This document shows, in pieces, positions 1-8,521 of a stretch of DNA of 64,000 bases. A program made the translations under genes and the position numbers. The stretch comes from Candidatus Sericytochromatia bacterium (GTDB lineage Bacteria > Cyanobacteriota > Sericytochromatia > S15B-MN24 > UBA4093). Below the pieces are notes generated by a model. That model made no database searches. It was given only the letters and a program-made list of their open reading frames with translations, and was not told the DNA's origin. The stretch lies in contig JAKFBU010000038.1 in the NCBI GenBank assembly GCA_036676985.1, forward strand, positions 32,001 to 96,000. Reading direction: 5' to 3'. Positions within the stretch are counted from its first letter, which is position 1, and each line of letters starts with the position of its first letter.

Positions 1-178
1 ACGGCAGCGCGGGGATGGCGGGTTCCGACTCCATGGCGAACGGCATGCCGCCAGAGGCGTCGTCGTTCAGGGAGAAGGGCAAGGGCGATGCCTGTGAGGA
101 AGGCGCGAACGGCAGTTCCGAAAGGTTGCCGTCGTCTTGGGGTAGCCCACCTGCCTCGAAGGGCAACTTTTCACTCAC
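1..178 (-). CDS. Partial hypothetical protein (N-terminus; runs off window), acidic/Pro-rich with repeated LPF/MPF motifs
   Basis: GGAGAG RBS then GTG at 178; open frame VSEKLPFEAGGLPQDDGNLSELPFAPSSQASPLPFSLNDDASGGMPFAMES... to the window edge. Confidence 0.55.
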   Translation of the reverse strand, partial: MSEKLPFEAGGLPQDDGNLSELPFAPSSQASPLPFSLNDDASGGMPFAMESEPAIPALP

Positions 179-258
179 GGATTACTCTCCAATTCAGGGC
201 GATGCCGTCGCGAAGTCAAGCGACCGCATTCTTATACCCTGAACAACCAGCGGTAATC

Positions 259-1347
259 CTAGCCGGCGATGGCCTTCCAACCCGACTGGAGCTTCTCACC
301 CAGCCATTTGGTGACCGATTTCGCACCGTCGCCGAGCGTCTTGGCCGTGAACTTGAGGCCTTCCAGCGGGTGAGTGAAGCCGTAGGTGAGCACCTTGTCG
401 GTGTCGCCCACCTGCTGGTCACGGCGGCGGGCGTAGAAGAGCCCGAGCTCGACGCCGATGCCCACAAGCGCCACCGGCAGGAGGAAGGGCGCGAACATGG
501 TGGTCACGGAGGTGAGGAAGAGGCCCGCGCTCGCGACGATGCTTCCCGCGGCGAGCGCCTTGGTGGCGACGGAGGACTTGGGGTCCTTCCAGACCGAGTG
601 CGTCACCCACACCGAGTTGGCAAGGGCCGCCACGTTCAGGAAGGGCAGGATCTTGCCGAGGCCGTTGATGAGCGAGCCGATGGGCGACTTCATGATCCAG
701 GCGACGGCGCCGCGGCCCGAGGCGACCATGGGCTTGAGGAACTCGGCCTTCTCGAGGAAGCGACCGAGACTGCCGACGGCACGGCCCATCTGCTGGCCGA
801 GCACGATGCTGCCCTGGACGTTGGTGGCGAGGTCCAGGCCGGACTTCACCTTCTTGGCCCGGCTCGCGATGGGGGAGGCCAGCGTCTGGAGGCTCTCCTT
901 GGCCGCCTTGGCCTGCGCCTTGATCTTCTCGTCGCCCTTGGAGAGCATCAGGACGTCGGCCGCGAGCGCCAGAGGGGCGAGGGCGGGCGTCTTTTCCAGA
1001 ACGGCCTTGGCGGCGACGGCGGCCCCGAAGGTATCGCCCTTGGCCGCAGCGGTGACACCGGCGACCATGGTGGCCCCGCTGGCCAGCGAGCTCTTGGCGG
1101 AATCGGTGGTGGCGACCGACTGGCCCACGGCCTTGGCCGTCTCGGCGACGGCGACGGCGGCATTGCCCGAAGCGGTGGCGGCGGCGAGCGCGACCGGAGC
1201 GCCGACGACCTTGCTCACCACCGCATCGGCCTTGCCGGCGGCATTGGTCAGCACGTCCTTGTCGGTCTTGTCCAGCTTCTCTTCCTGGGTGAAGCGGTGC
1301 TTGATCCAGGTTGGCTGGAGGTTGGTTGCGGTGGAAATTCCGGCCAT
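259..1347 (-). CDS. Hypothetical Ala/Lys-rich membrane protein
   Basis: 362-aa ORF with host-like codon usage, C-terminal hydrophobic segments, no recognised catalytic motif. Confidence 0.7.
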   Translation of the reverse strand: MAGISTATNLQPTWIKHRFTQEEKLDKTDKDVLTNAAGKADAVVSKVVGAPVALAAATASGNAAVAVAETAKAVGQSVATTDSAKSSLASGATMVAGVTAAAKGDTFGAAVAAKAVLEKTPALAPLALAADVLMLSKGDEKIKAQAKAAKESLQTLASPIASRAKKVKSGLDLATNVQGSIVLGQQMGRAVGSLGRFLEKAEFLKPMVASGRGAVAWIMKSPIGSLINGLGKILPFLNVAALANSVWVTHSVWKDPKSSVATKALAAGSIVASAGLFLTSVTTMFAPFLLPVALVGIGVELGLFYARRRDQQVGDTDKVLTYGFTHPLEGLKFTAKTLGDGAKSVTKWLGEKLQSGWKAIAG

Positions 1348-1454
1348 TGGTCGCCCCAGTGATTAACAGCTTATTACCATCCACTGGGGTTATAGGGCGC
1401 CAGGCGCCCAACTTGCGACTTTCCGGCCAGTCTTAGTAGGAACCTAAGACAAAC

Positions 1455-2132
1455 TTAACGCCAGACCTGCCACCACTTCTTGGGGGGCGGCGCGGAGGCC
1501 TGCTCCTGGATGGCGCGGGCCAGCTCGTCGAGGATGCCATCGTCCTCGTCCGCGTCGTGCCGATCGGAGATCTCGGTGGCGACGGCCGCCTCGAGGTCCA
1601 GGAGCCGGCGCTGGAGCTTGCGGATCATCTCGTCCTTGGTGGAGGCGTCCAGGGCTTCCTCGGAGGCCTTGGCGCGCTCCTCGAGATCGGCGATGCGGGT
1701 GTTGAGCTCATCGACGCCCGTGTCGCGCGGGGCCTCGAGCAAGAGCTGCATGCGATCGTTGAGGGCCTTGAGCTGCTGGTTCTCCTCGGTAAGGGTTTGC
1801 AGGGCCGTCATCTGGGCCTGCACGACCTTCTCGAGCTCGTCCTGACGCGCGACGATGGCGGCCAGGACCTCGCGCACGTCGGGGGCGACGGTGGTCTCCG
1901 ACTCGGTGGCGACCATGGCCGAGTGCGTGAGCATGTTCTTGATCTCGTCGATGGGCACGTTCTGGGCGCGGTAGGCACGGATGATGCGGAGGTTGGTGAG
2001 GTCCTGCTCCGTGAGCTCGCAGCGACCCTGGTCGTTGCGGGCGAACTGGAGGTTGAACTCGCGTTCGTAGCGCCGGATGAGCGACGCGGAGACTCCCAAT
2101 TTCTTGGCAGCCTCGGACATCGAGAAACTCAT
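1455..2132 (-). CDS. MerR-family HTH protein with coiled coil and Trp-rich C-terminal tail
   Basis: N-term SMSEAAKKLGVSASLIRRYE (MerR HTH), heptad-rich middle, ends PPPKKWWQVWR. Confidence 0.8.
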   Translation of the reverse strand: MSFSMSEAAKKLGVSASLIRRYEREFNLQFARNDQGRCELTEQDLTNLRIIRAYRAQNVPIDEIKNMLTHSAMVATESETTVAPDVREVLAAIVARQDELEKVVQAQMTALQTLTEENQQLKALNDRMQLLLEAPRDTGVDELNTRIADLEERAKASEEALDASTKDEMIRKLQRRLLDLEAAVATEISDRHDADEDDGILDELARAIQEQASAPPPKKWWQVWR

Positions 2133-2299
2133 GGGCGACCCTCCTGCACGAACCGGTTCTTGGCATGACCATTGCCCCGCCGGTGCGGGGCGCGCCTTGA
2201 TTATAGCTTCCAGGCCCGGTGCTGGCCACCCCAGAGACGCGAGGCTCGCTCGTATGCTATCGTTACGCGTGACCCGTCCCGGTCCGAAAGGAGGCCTCC

Positions 2300-2920
2300 A
2301 TGCGTCCCATCCTGCCCCTGGATTTGGTCGGCATGCTCGCGGCGACGCCCGCCGCCGCCCAGCTCGGCGACATGACGACCCTGCCGGGCCTCGAGAAGGC
2401 CCCCTCCTTCGAGGCGGACGTCACCATCACCTCGCGCGCCATGCCGCAGCCGACGGCCTACCACGTGACGTACATGGCCCGGCGGATCCGCTTCGACGGG
2501 GCGGAGAACACCTTCATCACCCGCATGGACCAGGGCGCGGTCTATATCGCCCAGGGTGGCAACCAGTGGATGCGCATGAGCCTGCAAGCCATGGGCGGCG
2601 TGGGGCTTTCCGAGGGCAGCTTCCGCCACACCATGCGCAAGGTGGGCCAGGCAACGGTCGATGGCAAGACCTGCGACGTGTACCAGTCGCAGAGCGCGGA
2701 CGGCAGCACGTCCTCGACCAACTACCTGTACCGGGACGTGCCCATCAGGTCCATCGTCCAGAGTCCGCAAGGCCAGACCGTGGTCGAGTACCGCAACCTC
2801 CGGATCGGCTACGTGCCGGCATCCCGCTTCGAGCTGCCCGCCAACGCCCAGGTCACGAGCATGGAAGATCTGCTGAAGGGGCTGGGCGGCAACCAGAGCC
2901 TCAAGGGGCTGATGCAGTAG
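2300..2920 (+). CDS. Exported DUF4412-like protein
   Basis: GGAGG RBS, signal-like N-terminus, beta-rich body with KVGQATVDGKTCDVY and PASRFELP patterns. Confidence 0.6.
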   Translation: MRPILPLDLVGMLAATPAAAQLGDMTTLPGLEKAPSFEADVTITSRAMPQPTAYHVTYMARRIRFDGAENTFITRMDQGAVYIAQGGNQWMRMSLQAMGGVGLSEGSFRHTMRKVGQATVDGKTCDVYQSQSADGSTSSTNYLYRDVPIRSIVQSPQGQTVVEYRNLRIGYVPASRFELPANAQVTSMEDLLKGLGGNQSLKGLMQ

Positions 2921-2979
2921 CCGCGAAAGCATCCGCCCTGTGCGGCTCTTGCTGTAGGTGGCTGCCGTAGCCCCTGCTT

Positions 2980-3116
2980 TGGACCCCCGCTTTCGCGAGG
3001 GTGACGGGAGCGCCGACTTGCCGGTTGAAGGCGCTTCCGTCGGTAGCCTGGTGTGATCGCTTCCGTCGGTAGCGTAGTGTGACCGCTCCCGTCACCCTCG
3101 CGAAAGCGGGGGTCCA
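2980..3116. repeat. Inverted pair of 33-bp CGTC-type REP-like palindromic units
   Basis: 2980-3012 is the exact reverse complement of CGCTCCCGTCACCCTCGCGAAAGCGGGGGTCCA (3084-3116); spacer has a 16-bp direct repeat CGCTTCCGTCGGTAGC (3032-3047, 3058-3073); lies between convergent genes. Confidence 0.8.
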
Positions 3117-3192
3117 GGGTCGGCGCTCGAGGCGACTTCTGGTCAGCCCAGAGCCGGGAAATCGGTTCGGTCGACGTGTAGGACGGCTAATT

Positions 3193-4050
3193 TCAGGCGT
3201 TGGCGCGGGTACGTTTGGGCTTCTGGAAGACGAAGACGTACTCGTGCTTGAACAGGTAGTAGCCCTGGGCGAGGGCGCGGTAGCGCCACAGGTTGCCGTT
3301 CTTGCCCTTGCCCTTCTCGTTGCCGTTGATGTCCTTGACCACGATGCTCTTGAGGACGAACCCGGCCTGCATGGCGGACTGCATGGTGTAGAAGCCGAGC
3401 GGCACCCACTGGCCGCTCGCGTACTTGTCCCCGATGACCAGCGCCATGAAGCGTCCCGGAGCCAAGAGCTCGTAGGCGTTGTCGATCACCTTGCGGAAGC
3501 GCTCGACGAACTCCATGTCGCTCTGGACGTTCGACAGGTCCTCGGCCCGCTCCCCCTTGGAGAACGAGATGATGTCACCGTAGGGCGGATGCAGGATGGC
3601 CAGGTCGGCGTGCTTCTTGCCATGTACGGCGAGCGCCTCCCGGACCCGGTCCGGCGTGTCGGCGGCCGCCGAGTCGCCCACCAGGATGTCCGTGCGGATG
3701 CCCTCGGGGTTCTGAGCGCCTTCGATGCGCTGGGTTGAGGCCTCGGCCACCCGCTCGAGGAGCTCCATCCCGATGCCGTGGCGGCCCAGCCGGCGGCACT
3801 CGATCAGCGTGGTGCCCATGCCGAGGAAGAGGTCGAGCACGACCTCGCCGGACTTGGTGTAGCGCTTGAGGAGCTGCTGCGGGATCTGGGGGATGAAGTT
3901 GCCGTGGTAGTCGCCGGCATGGGTCTCGCCCTTGTCGCGCTTGGTGAACGTCCAGAGGCTACCCGTTTCGATCTCGGGCAGGTAGTCCTTCCAGTTGGTC
4001 AGATCGATGTCCGAGTAGGCGCTCGTGGTGGCGCGCTTGCGAGGGGGCAT
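3193..4050 (-). CDS. N4/N6 DNA methyltransferase (orphan)
   Basis: YHGNFIPQIP, SAM-binding VLDLFLGMGTT, catalytic HPPY, C-terminal HEYVFVF. Confidence 0.8.
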   Translation of the reverse strand: MPPRKRATTSAYSDIDLTNWKDYLPEIETGSLWTFTKRDKGETHAGDYHGNFIPQIPQQLLKRYTKSGEVVLDLFLGMGTTLIECRRLGRHGIGMELLERVAEASTQRIEGAQNPEGIRTDILVGDSAAADTPDRVREALAVHGKKHADLAILHPPYGDIISFSKGERAEDLSNVQSDMEFVERFRKVIDNAYELLAPGRFMALVIGDKYASGQWVPLGFYTMQSAMQAGFVLKSIVVKDINGNEKGKGKNGNLWRYRALAQGYYLFKHEYVFVFQKPKRTRANA

Positions 4051-4186
4051 GCCTGGGCGGGTCTCCTTGAACCGGTGGGGCGGTCCCCCTATTGTATGCG
4101 ACTTGGAGCTTGGCTGCTAGGGGTAATCGGCGTGGCTTGCCGAATAGGCGGCCCCGTGCCGGGCGAGTCCGCGCTAGAATGGATGC

Positions 4187-4942
4187 ATGAAAGCCTGGAG
4201 ACTGCTCATGGACCCCGCGCTGCCGGGAGTCTGGAACATGGCCGCGGATCTCGCCATCCTGGAGACCTATCGCCAGGGCAAGGCGCTGCCGACGCTGCGA
4301 TTGTACGACTGGGACGTGCCGACCCTGAGCCTGGGGTACGCCCAGCGGACTTCGGAAGTGGACGTGGTGGCGTGTGAGGGGCGGGGAGTCGCCCGGGTGC
4401 GACGTCCCACCGGTGGGCGGGCCGTGTTGCACGGGGCGGGAGACCTCACCTACTCGGTCGTGGCCTCGGGGGCGGAGGGGTTTCCGGAAAGCGTGGCGGG
4501 ATCGTATGCGCGGATTGCGGAGGCGTTGGTCTTGGGCTTTCAGTCCTTGGGCTTGCTGATGCAAGTGGCGCCCGGCGAACGATCGTCCGGGACCACGAGC
4601 GCGTGCTTCGGGTCGTCGACCCGGGCGGACATGCTGGCAGCAGGGCGGAAGCTCGTGGGCAGCGCGCAGTTGCGGCGCGAGGGCGGGTTCTTGCAGCACG
4701 GGGCGGTGATGCTGACCCAGCAGCCGGAGGCGATCGCCGACCTGCTCGTGGCGCGTGAGGCGCCCACGGGAATGACGAACCTCGCGGCCGAGCTGGGGCG
4801 GGTGCCTGACCCGGAGGCGGTGCGTGAGGCTGTCGTGCGGGGATTCGAGCAGGCGTTCGGGATCCGGTTCGAGGTGGGGGGGCTCAGTGCCGAGGAGCGG
4901 GCACTGGCCGAGGACCTGCAGGGGGCCATGCGGCTGGAATAA
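4187..4942 (+). CDS. Lipoate-protein ligase / octanoyltransferase (LplA/LipM family)
   Basis: NMAAD, PTLRLY, RRPTGGRAVLH, KLVGSAQ, LQHG motifs. Confidence 0.9.
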   Translation: MKAWRLLMDPALPGVWNMAADLAILETYRQGKALPTLRLYDWDVPTLSLGYAQRTSEVDVVACEGRGVARVRRPTGGRAVLHGAGDLTYSVVASGAEGFPESVAGSYARIAEALVLGFQSLGLLMQVAPGERSSGTTSACFGSSTRADMLAAGRKLVGSAQLRREGGFLQHGAVMLTQQPEAIADLLVAREAPTGMTNLAAELGRVPDPEAVREAVVRGFEQAFGIRFEVGGLSAEERALAEDLQGAMRLE

Positions 4943-5066
4943 CTCCGCTCACTTGCACGGATCATGCACGTGCGGAACCGTTCGCATTTCGACCGGGCTC
5001 AAGGTGAACGGATTGTCGTGGGTCTCTCGGGGTGGGTTCCCTGCCAAGGAGCTGAGGTTGGCTGAA

Positions 5067-5678
5067 CTAGCGCTTGTCGCGGTCGTCCTTGTCCTGCTTC
5101 TCGTGCTTCTCGGCCAGCCGGCGCATCTGGTACATGGTGCGCGTGAGGCCCACGCCCAGGGCCACGCTGCGCAGATCGCGGATGTCGAGCACGCCCAGCG
5201 AGACGAACTGGTCCAGCATGTTGTAGGCGAGCTCGCCCAGCTGAATCAGCTCCGCGATCCGATCGGCGGCGATCTGCTTGGACTCGTCCTCCTCCGCCCC
5301 CACCTCGAGCTCGGACTCCACCTCGCGCAGCCGCTCCAGGGTCGTGGCCGCCTGGTACAGCTCCCGCTCGCGCAAGACCTTGGAGATCGGACGCCAGATG
5401 TTGCGCTCCGCCACGTAGTACTCGCGGCGCTCGCCAGGCATCGGGTAGCGGCTCACCACCCCCCAGCGCGCCAGCTCCGACAACACCATGCTCACAAGGC
5501 CGCTCGAGATGCCGAGGCCCTGGCGGATGTCCTGGGCCGACAGCGGCTTGGAGCTCAGGTAGAGGAAGGTCCAGACCATCCCGAGGACGCGCTTGAAGCC
5601 CCAGACCTCCATCGCCGCGCCCACGGCCTCGCAGGCGCGGTAGATGGCGGGATCGATGGCGGCGTCTTCTTGGGTCAT
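5067..5678 (-). CDS. GbsR/MarR-family transcriptional regulator
   Basis: ATG 5678 just after the HD-GYP stop; WGFKRVLGMVWTFLYLS..PLSAQDI..LGISSGLVSMVLSEL..WGVV..GERREYY. Confidence 0.85.
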   Translation of the reverse strand: MTQEDAAIDPAIYRACEAVGAAMEVWGFKRVLGMVWTFLYLSSKPLSAQDIRQGLGISSGLVSMVLSELARWGVVSRYPMPGERREYYVAERNIWRPISKVLRERELYQAATTLERLREVESELEVGAEEDESKQIAADRIAELIQLGELAYNMLDQFVSLGVLDIRDLRSVALGVGLTRTMYQMRRLAEKHEKQDKDDRDKR

Positions 5679-5680
5679 GG

Positions 5681-7660
5681 TTAGGCCGGGTTGAGGATGC
5701 GGCCCTGCTCGAAGATGCGGTACTCGATGAAGAGATCGAGCAGCTGGCCGTCGATATGCTCGTCCTTGGCCTCGAAGCGCAGGATGTCGAGCGCGCGATC
5801 GAGCGGCACGGCCTTCTTGTAGGGGCGATCGCTCGCCGTCAGGGCGTCGAAGATGTCGGCGATCGCCATCATCTTGGACTGGATGGGAATCTCGGGGGCC
5901 GCGATGGAGCGCGGATAGCCCTTGCCGTTCAGCTTCTCGTGGTGCGCATAGGCGATCTCGGGCACGCCCTTGAGGTCGTTGGTCCAGGGGATCTGGCTCA
6001 GGAACTTGTAGGTGTGCGAGACGTGGCTCTCGATCTCGAGGCGCTCGTGCGCATCCAGGCTGCCGCGCCGGATGGAGAGCTGCGTGACCTCGTCCCCGCA
6101 CAGGAGATGCTGCTCGTGCCCGTGGATGTCGCGGTAGGTCCGCTGAGCGATCTCCATGAGCCTCAGGAAGCTGCCCTCTTCGAGGACGGTGGGCTCGTTG
6201 GCATCGAGAATCGACTGCAGGAAGGAGTCCAGCTCCATGAGGCCCAGGTTGAACTCGTCGTCGAACCGGCCCTTCTCGAGCATGTAAGCCTCCCGGCCCT
6301 TCTCGAGCACGTACTCGAGGCGCGCGCGGCTGCTCTCGGCTTCGAGCGCCTTCTGCACGAAGGCGAAACGGCTCGTGATGAGGTCGAGCTTCATGGGGTA
6401 GAGCTTCTTGGCCTTGACGAGCACTTCTTCGCGCACGCCGACCTTGCCGAAGTCGTGAAGCAAGGAAGCGTAGCGCACCTCGCGGATCTGCTCGCGCGAG
6501 AAGCGGATGTCCCGGTACTGGCCCACGTCGATCCGGTCGACGAGCTCCGCCAGGCCCACCGTGAGGTTGGCGACGCGCGCGGAGTGACCCGAGGTGGTCG
6601 GGTCTCGGCTTTCAATCGCGGTGACCGAGGCGTTCACGAAGCCTTCGAACAGGCCCTCGATGTTCTTGTAGAGGATGTTGTTCTCGATGGCCACCGCCGC
6701 CTGGCTCGCCAGGCTGAGCACCAGCTCCTCGTTCAGGTGGTCGAAGTGGACGACGTCCTCGTCGACCTTGGAGGGGCTGTCCAGCACCAGGTCGCGGCGC
6801 CGCTTGCGGTTGATGAGCTGCAGAATTCCGATCGTCTCGTTGGACCGGTTGGTCATGGGGATGACGAGCATCGACTTGGTGCGGTAGCCCGTGCGCCGGT
6901 CGAAGGTCCGGTCGAAGTTGTACTCGACGTTCTGGGGCAGCTCGTAGACGTCGTCGAGGTTGAGCGTGTGTCCCGTCAGCGCCACGTAGCCGGCCAGGCT
7001 CTGACGCGAGATCGGCATGCTGAACTCTTTGTAGCCGAAGGGAAAGGTGTCGTTCTGCGACAGCTTGAAGCGCAGGACCTTTTGCTTGTGCTCGTTCTCC
7101 TCGACCAGGTACAGGCTGCCCGCGTCCGCATAGACGATGTCCCGGCTCTTCTTGAGGATGAGGTCCAGGAGCTTGTCCGGGTCGCGCTCGGACGAGAGCG
7201 CGATGCCGATGGAGTTGAGCTCCTGGAGCTTGATCGAGTACTCCTTGAGCTCGTGGCGGGAGCGCTCGGTCTCGAGCTGGTTGAGGATGAAGATGAAGGC
7301 GTTGGAGACCAGCTTGGCGAAGCCCTTGGAGTGGTAAGGCTCGCGCAGGTAGCCCCACAGGAGGTCTTCGGGCACGTCCTTGGGGGCCTCGGCCCCTTCG
7401 GGATAGGAGCAGACGAAGATGCCCGAGGTACCCCAGAGGGCTGCGATCTCGCGCAACAAGGAGGCGTCGCCCGACTCCATCAGGTAGCGGTCGACAATGA
7501 GGAGCTTGGGCACGTGCCGCGGCTCGTAGCGAAGCTCGGCCAGGGTGTCGACGACCCGCCACGTCACCCCATGGGCCTCTTGGGCCCGCAGGATGTCGAG
7601 GTTCAGATTCTGGCTCGAGCTGTACAGTATGCGCTCGGCCGTCTCGTCGATCGGCTGCAC
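5681..7660 (-). CDS. GAF + HD-GYP cyclic di-GMP phosphodiesterase
   Basis: GAF (FDRRTGYRTKSMLVIPM, QLINR), TSGHSARV, LHDFGK, HHEKLNGKGYP, ADIFDALT..DRPYK. Confidence 0.9.
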   Translation of the reverse strand: MQPIDETAERILYSSSQNLNLDILRAQEAHGVTWRVVDTLAELRYEPRHVPKLLIVDRYLMESGDASLLREIAALWGTSGIFVCSYPEGAEAPKDVPEDLLWGYLREPYHSKGFAKLVSNAFIFILNQLETERSRHELKEYSIKLQELNSIGIALSSERDPDKLLDLILKKSRDIVYADAGSLYLVEENEHKQKVLRFKLSQNDTFPFGYKEFSMPISRQSLAGYVALTGHTLNLDDVYELPQNVEYNFDRTFDRRTGYRTKSMLVIPMTNRSNETIGILQLINRKRRRDLVLDSPSKVDEDVVHFDHLNEELVLSLASQAAVAIENNILYKNIEGLFEGFVNASVTAIESRDPTTSGHSARVANLTVGLAELVDRIDVGQYRDIRFSREQIREVRYASLLHDFGKVGVREEVLVKAKKLYPMKLDLITSRFAFVQKALEAESSRARLEYVLEKGREAYMLEKGRFDDEFNLGLMELDSFLQSILDANEPTVLEEGSFLRLMEIAQRTYRDIHGHEQHLLCGDEVTQLSIRRGSLDAHERLEIESHVSHTYKFLSQIPWTNDLKGVPEIAYAHHEKLNGKGYPRSIAAPEIPIQSKMMAIADIFDALTASDRPYKKAVPLDRALDILRFEAKDEHIDGQLLDLFIEYRIFEQGRILNPA

Positions 7661-7670
7661 CCGGCCTCCC

Positions 7671-8513
7671 CTACTCCAAGCGGAATCGGAGGGTGATCTC
7701 CCCCCACTGGGTCACGGAGCCACCCTCGGGCAAGGGAGCGAACTTCCAGCGCTTCAGCGCCTCGACCGCCCGCTTGTCCATTTCAGGTGTACCCGAAAGT
7801 CGCACGACTTCAACGCGACTCACCCGGCCTTCGGGCGCGACCCAGACCCGGAGCCGCACGTCGCCCTCCGAGCCCGAGCGACGGGCGGATTCCGGGTAGT
7901 TGGGCTGGATCTGCTCGAGGATCCGGCGCTGCCCGATGTCGCCCGAGAGGCCCGATCCCGTGTCGATGGCCCCGCCCCGCAAGGGGCTGCCGTCCGAGGT
8001 GTCCGTGCCGGCGGTGCGGCCGAGGACGTCGTCCGCCGCCGAGGCGAGCTTGCCGATGCGCTCGGCTTCCCGCTCCTGGCGCTTGCGCTCTTGCTCGGCC
8101 AACAGGGCGTCGAGGTCCGGCTTGGACTCGGTGGGGGCGTGGGCGGGGGCGGCGGTGCGCGCCTTCTTGGGGGCGGTGATGCGCTCGGAGCGTTCTGCCT
8201 GCTTGGGCTCGGGAGCCTCGGGCGTCACGCGCTGGACGGTCTCCTTGGGAGCAGCGCGATCGCCGTTCGCCGGCCCGCCGTCGCCCAATGGAGCGTCCGT
8301 CAGCATGGTCACGAGCTCGATGGGCTCGGAGGTCGCCTCGACCGGGGGCTGGAAGCCGCCGAACCACACGAGGGCGGCCAAGAGGACGCCGTGCGTGCCC
8401 ACCGAGAAGGCCCAGGAACGCCACTCGGGATGCGCCGCCTTGGGCGGGGTCGGAACCTTGCCCGCGGGGGGCTTGCGCTTCTTTTTCTTGGGGCGCGGAG
8501 GTGCTGTCTGCAT
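7671..8513 (-). CDS. TonB-family energy transducer
   Basis: Single TM with His (SVGTHGVLL), Pro/Ala linker, TonB_C (PNYPESARRSGSEGDV..WKFAP). Confidence 0.85.
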   Translation of the reverse strand: MQTAPPRPKKKKRKPPAGKVPTPPKAAHPEWRSWAFSVGTHGVLLAALVWFGGFQPPVEATSEPIELVTMLTDAPLGDGGPANGDRAAPKETVQRVTPEAPEPKQAERSERITAPKKARTAAPAHAPTESKPDLDALLAEQERKRQEREAERIGKLASAADDVLGRTAGTDTSDGSPLRGGAIDTGSGLSGDIGQRRILEQIQPNYPESARRSGSEGDVRLRVWVAPEGRVSRVEVVRLSGTPEMDKRAVEALKRWKFAPLPEGGSVTQWGEITLRFRLE

Positions 8514-8521
8514 GGGCGCTC

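Noticed and set aside
2980-3116. CRISPR array or IS ends
   Set aside because: Only two inverted units, with no spacer series, cas genes or transposase
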